Assembly: GCA_963662265.2 (NCBI GenBank)
Contig: CAXXHA010000015.1
Location: forward strand, 13,653-77,652
Length of the DNA: 64,000 bases
Origin: Spirochaetia bacterium
Lineage (GTDB): Bacteria; Spirochaetota; Spirochaetia; CADAEX01
Reading direction: 5' to 3'
Shown: piece by piece, positions 51,077 through 60,166 of the stretch
Layout of the letters: each line of letters begins with the position of its first letter
Numbering within the stretch: position 1 is the stretch's first letter
The notes under the pieces: generated by a model
What the model was told of the DNA's origin: nothing
Seen by the model: only the letters and a program-made list of their open reading frames with translations
Databases searched by the model: none
Translations under genes and position numbers: made by a program

Positions 51077-52078
51077 TTACTGAATTAAACCAGCTTCTCT
51101 GTAGTATTTTTCAGCTCCGGCATGAAGAGGAAGAGCAAAAGATTCATTTCCGCCAAGAGCATTTTCAAGAGTAATTGCTTTGGTAGCTGATGCTACATTC
51201 TGTACTTCTTCAAGTCCTTCACCGTACATTGCTTTAAGATATTTATAGACAAAATCTTCAGGAACATCTTCGTTGGCAATGATAAATCCGCCAAGATAGA
51301 TAGTTTCAACTTCTTTATCTACACCATTATACATACCTGCAGGAATTGTATATGGACCGTACCATGGGAACTTTTCAATGATTTCTTCTCGTTCCTTACC
51401 CTTGATTTCAAGAATAGTAATAGGAGAAAGAGCAGAAGCTTCAGTAATACTTCCTGAAGGCTGTGCTGTCTGATATCCAATACCTTCAAGCACCTTATCC
51501 TTGAAAGCCATAACTCTTTCATTATGTGAAAGAGGTTTCCATGTCATGTTTTCTGGGCCTGCGCCGTAAACACTGAAGATCTCCATCCAGCAGAATTCAT
51601 CTCCTGAACCTGCAGAACCTGGAGCAAATCCATACTGTGCTCCACCGTTTGTTTCTGTATTATAATCAAACATAGTTTTTACAGGACCGTCTTTTTTTAC
51701 AACAGCACAAACAGCATTCGGATAAAGGTTGGATACATATGTTATGTTTTCATATCTTCCGTCTTCCTTGAACATCTGCTCCCCTCTGTATGCATAGTTA
51801 GCAATATTTGGTTCAGAAAGCCCCATCTGATACTGGTTCTGTCGCATGAGTCTGCAGTTTTCTACACCGCCGCCTGATGACTGTACAGTAACTGTAAGAT
51901 CTTCATATTTCATGGAAACACCTGCAATTCTACAAGCTGTCGGATACCAGGTACCGCCAAGACTTGAACTACCCATAATTGCAGCATAGCGTTTTCCGCC
52001 GCTTTTTTCTCCCTGACCTTCTGCAAAAACAAAACCTGCCAATGCAATCATCAGAAGTAAAACTAAAATCTTTTTCAT
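51077..52078 (-). CDS. TAXI-family TRAP transporter solute-binding protein
   Basis: GSSSLGGTWYP, SSGGGVENC, LYPN, VPEDFVY, PLHAGAEKYYREAG; signal peptide ending FAEGQGE. Confidence 0.9.
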   Translation of the reverse strand: MKKILVLLLMIALAGFVFAEGQGEKSGGKRYAAIMGSSSLGGTWYPTACRIAGVSMKYEDLTVTVQSSGGGVENCRLMRQNQYQMGLSEPNIANYAYRGEQMFKEDGRYENITYVSNLYPNAVCAVVKKDGPVKTMFDYNTETNGGAQYGFAPGSAGSGDEFCWMEIFSVYGAGPENMTWKPLSHNERVMAFKDKVLEGIGYQTAQPSGSITEASALSPITILEIKGKEREEIIEKFPWYGPYTIPAGMYNGVDKEVETIYLGGFIIANEDVPEDFVYKYLKAMYGEGLEEVQNVASATKAITLENALGGNESFALPLHAGAEKYYREAGLIQ

Positions 52079-52260
52079 TCCTCTCTCCTTAAATTTTTTA
52101 GTTTAAATTATCAAGACCAGATAAAACCTGATTTTCTGCTTGCTCAATATTTAATCAGGACATTACAGGTCTGAGTTCAGGAATCGTATTAAAATCTTTC
52201 ATGCTTCACTTCCGATGTGTATAAGTTGTTTTAATGATTCCCATAATTTATTGTAATAAA

Positions 52261-52289
52261 ATTATCCCCCTGAATTTTTTATTTGTCAA
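52261..52289 (-). promoter_or_regulatory. Putative sigma70 promoter of the TAXI gene
   Basis: TTGACA-17 nt-GATAAT on the minus strand. Confidence 0.6.
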
Positions 52290-52350
52290 TCGTTAAATAA
52301 TTAATTTTTATAGGTTACATTATACAGTTTTATCTTCCTTATGTTTGTAT

Positions 52351-52494
52351 ATTTGTACATACATATAAAAGTCGTATAAAATGATATCTGAATAAAATGC
52401 AGGGTAATTATTGATTGTTTTTTCATTCCCCCAAGTAATTATAATAATATTTTTAATAATACATAAAAAAATACATATATTTGTATATACAAAT
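52351..52494. promoter_or_regulatory. Two GntR/HutC-type operator palindromes between the TAXI gene and pbfA
   Basis: ATTTGTATATACAAAT (52479-52494, perfect palindrome) and ATTTGTACATACATAT (52351-52366, 14/16 match); GT-N-TA-N-AC core. Confidence 0.6.
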
Positions 52495-52550
52495 GCATCA
52501 ACCAATGATACGATATCAGTATCAAAATAAATAATGAATCTGGAGGCATT

Positions 52551-53921
52551 ATGTCAGAAAAACTGGACAAAGAGCTGAAACTTGAAGGAGATGTAAACAT
52601 CTCTGAAAAAAGACAGAAATGGCAGGATGAAAATATAGGGGCAGAAACACAGAAACTTCTTGATGAAGATGAAAAGTATTTCCTAAAACAATCGCTTTCA
52701 ACACCATGCCTGAACGGAATGAAATCTGCGAAAGGAGCATGGATAGAAGACCTTGAGGGAAGAAAATATATTGATTTTCATGGAAACAATGTACACCAGG
52801 TAGGATTCGGAAATGAAGATGTTATCAATGCGGTAAAAGAACAGCTTGATGAACTTCCTTTCTGCACAAGGAGATACACAAACTGGAAAGTTGTTGAATT
52901 TGCAAAAAAAATTGCATCCATTACTCCCGGAAATCTTAATAAAATGCTTTTTGCACCAGGCGGAGCTGAAGCAAACTCAATAGCACTGAAACTGGCCAGA
53001 CTTGCGACAGGCCGGCACAAAACAATTTCAATGTGGGATTCTTTTCACGGTGCAGGACTTGATACAATCTCTGTTGGAGGAGAAGCTGTTTTCAGAAAAG
53101 GAATAGGTCCTCTTATGTCAGGAACAGAACATGTTCCGCCGCCAGACATTCACAGAAGATTCATGGATATCGGAAAACCTGAGGAATGGGAAATACTCTG
53201 GGCAAAATATATTGAATATATACTTGAAAAAGAAGGAGATATTGCTGCTGTAATATCTGAACCTATGAGAAGTACACCTTATGTTCCGTCAAAAAAGTAC
53301 TGGCAGATTGTAAGAAAAGCATGTGACAAATACGGAGCTCTTCTGATTTTTGATGAAATTCCCCATGCACTCGGAAGAACAGGCCAGTGGTTTACATGCC
53401 AGAATTTTGATGTTACTCCCGATATCCTTGTAATAGGGAAAGGACTCGGAGGCGGAGTATTCCCGATTGCTGCTGTCATTGCAGACGAAAAACTTGATGT
53501 CGCGGGAAATATTGCACTCGGACACTTCACACATGAAAAAAGCACACTAGGGGCTGCAGCCGGTCTTGCAACAATCAATTATATAGAAAAGAACAACCTT
53601 ATTGAGCATTCAAGAGAGCTTGGAAAATATGCACTTGAAAGAGCAAATGAAATGATGGAAAGACATCAGCTTATCGGGGCTGTAAGAGGTATCGGGCTCT
53701 TTTTAGGCATAGAACTTGTCAAAGACAGGGAAACAAGAGAGCTTGCAATTGAAGAGACAGAAGAGGTTATGTACAGGTCACTTTCAAAAGGTGTAAGTTT
53801 CAAACTCACAATGGGAAATATTCTTACACTCACACCTGCGCTGACCATTACTAAAGAGGAAATGGATTTTGCCCTCAATGCAATTGAAGAATCAATTACA
53901 GAGGTTGAAAACAACATCTAA
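52551..53921 (+). CDS. pbfA: (R)-1-hydroxy-2-aminoethylphosphonate ammonia-lyase-like class III PLP enzyme
   Basis: EGDVN...FLKQSLSTPCL...DFHGNNVHQVG, WDSFHGA, FDEIP, IGKGLGGG (PLP Lys), GHFTHEKS; this N-terminus matches PbfA rather than generic ArgD/GabT. Confidence 0.8.
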   Translation: MSEKLDKELKLEGDVNISEKRQKWQDENIGAETQKLLDEDEKYFLKQSLSTPCLNGMKSAKGAWIEDLEGRKYIDFHGNNVHQVGFGNEDVINAVKEQLDELPFCTRRYTNWKVVEFAKKIASITPGNLNKMLFAPGGAEANSIALKLARLATGRHKTISMWDSFHGAGLDTISVGGEAVFRKGIGPLMSGTEHVPPPDIHRRFMDIGKPEEWEILWAKYIEYILEKEGDIAAVISEPMRSTPYVPSKKYWQIVRKACDKYGALLIFDEIPHALGRTGQWFTCQNFDVTPDILVIGKGLGGGVFPIAAVIADEKLDVAGNIALGHFTHEKSTLGAAAGLATINYIEKNNLIEHSRELGKYALERANEMMERHQLIGAVRGIGLFLGIELVKDRETRELAIEETEEVMYRSLSKGVSFKLTMGNILTLTPALTITKEEMDFALNAIEESITEVENNI

Positions 53922-53982
53922 ACTGAAGTCTGCTTATTTCCGTCACAGAAATCAGTTGAAATGCTATTTCAATATATAAACA

Positions 53983-54033
53983 GAAAAGGGGCTATTGCAA
54001 AAGACTGACAAGACTTGAGCAATAGCCTCTTTC
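53983..54033. terminator. Terminator after pbfA (convergent genes)
   Basis: AAAAGGGGCTATTGC...GCAATAGCCTCTTT. Confidence 0.65.
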
Positions 54034-54127
54034 TTTATATGGATTAAAATTAAACAGGAAATCATTATCAAACTCTCAGGATACAAAATAAAGCTTACCA
54101 GGCAGCTGTCTCAAATATATACAGATA

Positions 54128-55759
54128 TCACGATCTTTCCCTGTTAAGCAGTATAAGGCTCCCGGCAGGCATTGATGCCACATCATCAAGCGCAAAAGCA
54201 AGTTTTTCCGCATCTGAAAGGAACTGATTCTCTTTATTATCAAGAATCATGTTGAGAAATTCCTCTTTTTCAGGATATCTGTCTATGAGGCGTGGAATAA
54301 TATGACCAAAATAGTACGGTATAACCCTGTCCAGAGGCTGCTGCAGATTATAAGCCATGAATTCATTGACAAGAAGGTAATGATCTTCTGTGTCATAACG
54401 CTTGTATTCAAAAAACAGTTTCCAGAATTCCTTCATTTCAGGTTCAACTTCATCCCAGATTACTTCACATCGTTTTCTGAACTCAGGGGAAGAGAAAAAA
54501 ACTCCGTGATATCCTTCATGCGTTATAAATATTCTGCGAAGATATCCGCTTGATTCTCTTGAAACAGAAAGGATTCCACCGTTTCCAGCAGCATAGACTT
54601 CCCCTTCTTTTTTTATCACATTGTTTTCAAGAAGTATTTTTTCCAGCAGTTCCTCTTCCCGGTTAAGGGGAAAATCAAGCTTTTCTGTTTCATTGAAAAA
54701 TGAAGCAAGATCTGCAGCTTTATAATCATGGGCATTCCAGCCGTGAAGGTTTTCAATTTCCTCATTTGTACGGATAACACCCCTGCTTCCCGGTTTTTCC
54801 ACATAAAAGGCCAGTCTTTTAAACATTTTTGCCTGAAAACTGTAATCAATAGTATCAATAATAAGAAAATCAGGAAAATAGTTCCAGCTGTAAAGCTCAT
54901 ATTCATCATTACGCCAGCTTTCCCTGTCAGCATGCAGAATAAGACCGAATCCGGCCCTTACAGGTAAAAATAGATCATTTTCATATTTACTGCAGAAATC
55001 TGAATTTGCATACAGATTCCTGAGCTGCAGATTACCTTCAGCTGATGATATTTCAACTGATGAAGGTAAAAAACCGAAAAGCCTGCTGTTCAGAACAATA
55101 CTATTTTCACCGTGCAAAGGAAAATAATTATAGGCAATTCTTTCACCGAGCTTTCCAATAAGCACTATTTTTACAGTTTCCCTGATCCGGTTTAAATAAT
55201 CAAAATCAGCAGTAATCTCTGTACACATGCTGCTTCCTGAAAAAACAGAATATTTATAGGTATCCTGCCCGCTCACCTTTTCAAGTAAAACAGTATCACT
55301 TCTAAACAGTTTGCCATTTTCATGTTTCATCCCTGAAAAGAAATCTGAAGAATCAATCATGTCGATTTTTTCAACTGCCGGCAAGTTGTCTGATTTGACT
55401 TTGTTTTCAAGGATAAAACCTTCAATCGAATGCCCTGTCGGGATGCTGAAATACAAGGAACCTGTCTCCCCTTTAACTGCAGAGACATCAAGGACTTTAT
55501 CTTCTTTATCAAGAAGTATTCTGAATGTGAAAGGATTTTCTATTCCGCCAATATCGGCCTTAAACAATGTTTCAGTATCATAAGGGGCCGGCTTGCTGCT
55601 GTTTTTAAATGAATATATAACTGATGAATCTTTTTCAGTCTTATACAGTTTTATTTTTTCACCCTCTTTTGAGAGAAAAACCGGTTTGTCCCCGGCACAG
55701 GAGAGCACTGATAACACACATACCGCAATAAAGAGTCTTTTAAATAAGGTTTTATTCAA
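54128..55759 (-). CDS. Lipoprotein with a C-terminal HExxH motif (putative Zn metallopeptidase)
   Basis: Lipobox VLSC; ITHEGYHG followed by NEFMAY. Confidence 0.65.
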   Translation of the reverse strand: MNKTLFKRLFIAVCVLSVLSCAGDKPVFLSKEGEKIKLYKTEKDSSVIYSFKNSSKPAPYDTETLFKADIGGIENPFTFRILLDKEDKVLDVSAVKGETGSLYFSIPTGHSIEGFILENKVKSDNLPAVEKIDMIDSSDFFSGMKHENGKLFRSDTVLLEKVSGQDTYKYSVFSGSSMCTEITADFDYLNRIRETVKIVLIGKLGERIAYNYFPLHGENSIVLNSRLFGFLPSSVEISSAEGNLQLRNLYANSDFCSKYENDLFLPVRAGFGLILHADRESWRNDEYELYSWNYFPDFLIIDTIDYSFQAKMFKRLAFYVEKPGSRGVIRTNEEIENLHGWNAHDYKAADLASFFNETEKLDFPLNREEELLEKILLENNVIKKEGEVYAAGNGGILSVSRESSGYLRRIFITHEGYHGVFFSSPEFRKRCEVIWDEVEPEMKEFWKLFFEYKRYDTEDHYLLVNEFMAYNLQQPLDRVIPYYFGHIIPRLIDRYPEKEEFLNMILDNKENQFLSDAEKLAFALDDVASMPAGSLILLNRERS

Positions 55760-55764
55760 TTAAG

Positions 55765-57500
55765 TTATTCCCCTGTTTTTTTATAATTACAGTCACCTTC
55801 TGCAACAACAACACAGTTACGCCCTTCTTCTTTTGCCATATAAAGAGCATTATCTGCAGCTGAAGTAAGAGACTCGGCTTTGTTATATTCAGGAAAAGAA
55901 GCTATTCCGCAGCTGAATGTAACATAAAATTCTGAATCTGCCGATGAATGCTTTATTTTTGAAAATCTTTTTCTCACTTCATTCATAACAGTTGCAGCAA
56001 CTTCTTTTTCAGTATTTGTCAGGAGAATACCGAATTCCTCACCGCCATACCTGCCGATGACATCAGTCTTCCTAAGCCTTTCCTGAAGAAGATATGCAAG
56101 ACTTTTCAGGACAGTATCACCGGTGAGATGACCGTATGTATCATTAACCGACTTAAAGTGATCAAGATCAATCATTGCATAGGAAAGCTGATTATCGGTT
56201 CTGTCAGCCCGTATAATTTCACGATACAGGTTGTCGTTGAAATTTGAATGATTTAAAAGCCCGGTCAGCGAATCACGTTCCATCAGATATCTCAAATCAT
56301 TTGAGCGCTGGATTTTGTTTTTTACAAAGTTCAGGAGATAACTGTCATCTATAGATTTATTTAAAAAATCATCTCCTACAATGTTATAATTCGTGAGCAG
56401 TTCCCCCGGACTGTCAAATGAAGAAAGAATAAGAATTGGAATTGATACAAAGTTTGCATTCTGCCTGATCATTGCGGCAAGCTCAAAGCCGTTGCATCCC
56501 GGCATGAAAAGGTCAATCATGATGAGATCAGGTGTACTTTCAATGAGAAGATTAAGAACAGATGATGGAGAAGAGGCTACTGATGTTATCATTCCGTTCT
56601 GCTGAAAAAGATGAGCGTAATATGCTATGGCATCAACATCATCATCAACAATAAGAACATGGTCAGGTTTTTTTATACTGGATTCCTCGAAACAGTATAT
56701 TTTATCAACAAGTTTTACAACATCGAGAGGAAGCTCAAAAAAAGCATCCCCGCCTGCTTTCACTGCTGTTATACGGGTTTGAAAATCACTTTTTGCTGAC
56801 AGATAAATCAGTTTCAGCGGGCTTAATATTCTTTTTATTTCGGTAAATATTTCTATATATTCCGGATTATCGATAACAGAATCTATATCTACGAGTATAA
56901 GGTAGTTTTCTTTTCTTGACGAGCTTCTCCTGGAGTTTACCGTAAGATCATTCAGGTAATTCTTAATTGTATATCCGAAAGAAACAAGCTGATGTCTCGA
57001 TATCATGGAGAATAGTCCCCTTTTTTGTACTGTAAAAGAAGAAGAATATTCTTATCCCAGTCACGGGGGATCTTTCTCAAGGACCTTTACCGTGAATGTA
57101 CAGGAAAATCAGTTACAGAATGACGGGATATTGCTTTTGGATCATCTGGTCTCTTTCAAAAGTAATTCTGATAATCTCGGTCAAGAGAATCCTTTATAAA
57201 TCCCCCGGTCTATCTCCTCATAGACGGAGGCCGTCCCTTCATGTGCATCATGACAGATACATTATCAAGATTTTTGAGAATTTTATCTCATTCCGCTCAT
57301 ATCCGAAAGTTCCAGACAGATCCGGCAAGCTTATGAATATCCATTCTAACAGTCACTGAAAGATTCTCCTCAGTCAAGCGTATTCTCCATGATCAAACGT
57401 ATAGATAATTTTCTTTCTTATGTTGTCGATACCTACGGGCAGATAATCTTTAAAATAGTGTTCTTCCAGTTCTTCGAAATTTTCAAAATTCCTGTCTCAT
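55765..57500 (-). CDS. Hpt-REC-REC-GGDEF diguanylate cyclase response regulator (5' part broken by indels)
   Basis: Intact 55765..57006 has a REC domain (VDDD...DLFMP), RKTD I-site and GGEEF; upstream frames contain the Hpt motif HKLAGS-x-GTFGY; probable ATG at 57500. Confidence 0.8.
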
Positions 57501-57643
57501 CGGCACTTTTCAAAATAATCTTATCCTGATAGTTTTTATTGTAATTCCTGTTACAAGTATATAACAATTTTATCAAATAAGTCTAACAAATAATATAAAA
57601 AGTATGATAGTATAAAAATAATATTTTAAATCGGGAATAAACA

Positions 57644-58115
57644 GTGAATAATAGTAAAAATAAACTGACCCCCAGCCTGGAAAACTATCTCGAAGCAATA
57701 CTTATTTATAGAAACGACGCAACAGGGTTGCACGGGTCAAAGGACATAGCTGATTTTCTAAAAGTCCAGATGTCATCAGTCACTGTGGCACTGAAAAACC
57801 TCAGGGAAAAAGGGCTTGTCAACTATGAAAAAAATTCATTTGTAGTACTTATCGGACAAGGGGAAACTGATAGCAGGCTAATACCCAGAAAAAACACGAT
57901 ATTATACGTAATTTTCATTGAAACATATTTTAAAGACTCGATCAGGCAGAAGATGACAGATAGGGCTGCATGTGAAATTGAACATATTCTTGACCTATGA
58001 AGTCAGCGCTCAAGGCTTGTCCAATTGTTCAGATTTTGTTATTGAAATGAACTGAAGGAATCGGGACATAAGCGAGAACAGGAATGGAAAACTATTACTT
58101 GAAAAAGAAGGTTAA
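57644..58115 (+). pseudogene. DtxR/MntR-family metal-dependent regulator, frameshifted
   Basis: LTPSLENYLEAI, DIADFLKVQMSSVT.ALKNL...LVNYE, ACEIEH; several frame breaks. Confidence 0.8.
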
Positions 58116-58156
58116 TCCGTAACCCAACATCATAAAATCAGTGATTTCCCTTTATA

Positions 58157-58820
58157 TTAACTGTCCCTTATAAAATAATCAGCAATATCTGCTTATACGC
58201 TGCATTTTCCGCACTCAGGCTTCCTCGAATGGCAGACAACCCTTCCATGCAGATTAACACTCATTGAAAACCTGTACTGCATATCATCGGGATTTATTAT
58301 TTCCCTCATACTCAGCTTCAATTCTGTCAGGATCAGTTTTTTCACTGTTCAGCCCCACCCTTTTCACAACCCTCCTGAAATGGGTATCAACAATAACTGC
58401 AGGCCGGTTTTGAAAAAAAGAGTACCTGAGAATTACGTTGGCACTTTTTCTCCCCACACCCGGGAAGAGTGACAAGTTCATCGATAGTATCGGGGACTCT
58501 CGCCTCTGTATTTTTCCGCAATTATTGCGGGCTGTCCTTATTATATTAATAGCTTTTACCCTGTAGAATCCTGTAGATCTTATTATATTCCTCAACATCC
58601 TGCTGCACAGGCTTTTCCGAGAAGCGAGGGCTCAGGATATTTTTTAAAAAGAAGCCGGGAGTGATTTTCATTACCTGTTTATCAGTAGTCTGAGCAGTCA
58701 GAATAACTGTAATCAGGAGCTGGTAGCTGTTCTTCAAAATCCAGGAACTCGATCTTCTTCAGGGTAAAGTTCTCTTAAGCTCTTCAGCAATCAGGGCTGC
58801 TTTTTCAATCTTAGGTTCAT
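58157..58820 (-). pseudogene. nth: Endonuclease III, multiply frameshifted
   Basis: YQLLITVILTAQTTDKQV, IRSTGFYRVKA, PGVGRKSANV, VDTHF, HGRVVCHSRKPECGKC spread over several frames. Confidence 0.85.
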
Positions 58821-58885
58821 TGGGAAAAAGTAGCATTTAGATATTGACCTTGTAAAGGTTTAATAAGTATACTCTGTGCATATTT

Positions 58886-58958
58886 CGGGATGTAGCCTAG
58901 TGGCTAAGGCGCCTGCTTTGGGAGCAGGAGACCGAAGGTTCGAGTCCTTCTATCCCGA
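58886..58958 (+). tRNA. tRNA-Pro(TGG)
   Basis: CGGGATG/TATCCCG acceptor, CCTGC-TTTGGGA-GCAGG; upstream TTGACC-18 nt-TATACT. Confidence 0.95.
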
Positions 58959-58969
58959 ATATTTTTTGT

Positions 58970-59043
58970 GCGTTCATAGCTCAGCTGGATAGAGCAACGG
59001 CCTTCTAAGCCGTAGGTCAGAGGTTCGAATCCTCTTGGACGTA
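58970..59043 (+). tRNA. tRNA-Arg(TCT)
   Basis: GCGTTCA/TGGACGT acceptor, ACGGC-CTTCTAA-GCCGT. Confidence 0.95.
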
Positions 59044-59273
59044 AAAAAAGAGAGATTACCTTTTGGTGATCTCTCTTTTTTTTATGTCCATTCAGTAAGG
59101 ATTCGATCCGGCGGAATGGCGCGAATACATGGAGCGCAAAATGCCAGGAAGGCATTTTAGTGACAGAGGCGGCTTTTTGTGTGTAAACAGGATGTTTGTA
59201 CACAAAAAGCGAATCCTCCTGCTCCTATAAAAACCATGTTTCCCGTAAAGGGATCTCTCTTTTTTTATGTTCA
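59026..59273 (+). repeat. tRNA-linked repeat (184-bp period) containing a 120-nt inverted-repeat-bounded structured element
   Basis: CGAATCCTC at 59026 and 59210; GATCTCTC-Tn-ATGTYCA at 59068 and 59252; AGGATTCG (59098) pairs with CGAATCCT (59210-59217). Confidence 0.75.
59043..59083 (+). terminator. Terminator after tRNA-Arg(TCT)
   Basis: AAAAAAAGAGAGATTACC-TTTT-GGTGATCTCTC followed by T8. Confidence 0.85.
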
Positions 59274-59431
59274 ACATGGAGAAATATCCATATCAAGTGT
59301 TTGATTGATACAAACCTATTAGCCTATTCACAACTACACCGTAACAACTTCTACCTGATAAGTTGAGAAACTATCATCTCCAAATCTAATTATTTACACC
59401 CCTACAAATATTATGAAAGTCTTCAATTCCT

Positions 59432-60124
59432 TTATTTTGTTAATGCACCCCTTTTTTCCATAAAATCATCAAGACCAGTTTTTACATATTTCCCCTCAGA
59501 AATTTGCTGTCGACGTATTGCTTCAGCAGCTAATTTTTTATCTGCACCTGCAATTGCTTCTTCAATATCATTTTTCGGTATTGCAACAACTCCATCGTCA
59601 TCAGCAAAAATAAGATCGCCAGGATTAACAACGACTCCTCCGCATGCTACAGGGAAATTAACTTCTCCAGGACCATCTTTGTCTCCGGCTCCACATACTG
59701 TTCCACGAGCAAATACCGGCATACCTATTTCACGTAGTGTTTTTATATCACGGACAGTTCCATCCACAACTATCCCCGAAACGCCCAGTTTGTCCATACA
59801 GCTTACCATAAGATCGCCACAAACTGCATAAGAATTACAGCCCTGTGTTTCAACAACTAAAACATCTCCCGGTTTCACAAGAGAAATGGCCTTATGCAAC
59901 ATAAAATTATCTCCTGAGCGTACCCTGACAGTAACTGCCGGGCCTGCAAATTTACGACAGGGAAATAGCTGCCTTATTCCACAATCCATTGTATAAAATT
60001 TATTTAATCCGTCTGATATATTACAAGTGTCATATTCCAACAGTTTTTTACTCCATTTAAAATCAGGACGTTCAATCTTTTCAATGAAACGAAAGCCCAT
60101 TTTTCCTTTAATTTTATTCTCCAT
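59432..60124 (-). CDS. RraA family protein (HMG/CHA aldolase-like)
   Basis: NISDGL, GPAVTV...GDNFMLH, GDLM, VDGTVRD, V.PGDLI.ADDDGVV. Confidence 0.9.
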   Translation of the reverse strand: MENKIKGKMGFRFIEKIERPDFKWSKKLLEYDTCNISDGLNKFYTMDCGIRQLFPCRKFAGPAVTVRVRSGDNFMLHKAISLVKPGDVLVVETQGCNSYAVCGDLMVSCMDKLGVSGIVVDGTVRDIKTLREIGMPVFARGTVCGAGDKDGPGEVNFPVACGGVVVNPGDLIFADDDGVVAIPKNDIEEAIAGADKKLAAEAIRRQQISEGKYVKTGLDDFMEKRGALTK

Positions 60125-60166
60125 ATGTACTCCTTCTTAATATTTTATTTCAGTTTTTCTTTTGTT

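Noticed and set aside
58904-59277. Minus-strand ORFs of 99 and 61 aa
   Set aside because: Antisense to tRNA-Pro/tRNA-Arg and the repeat element.
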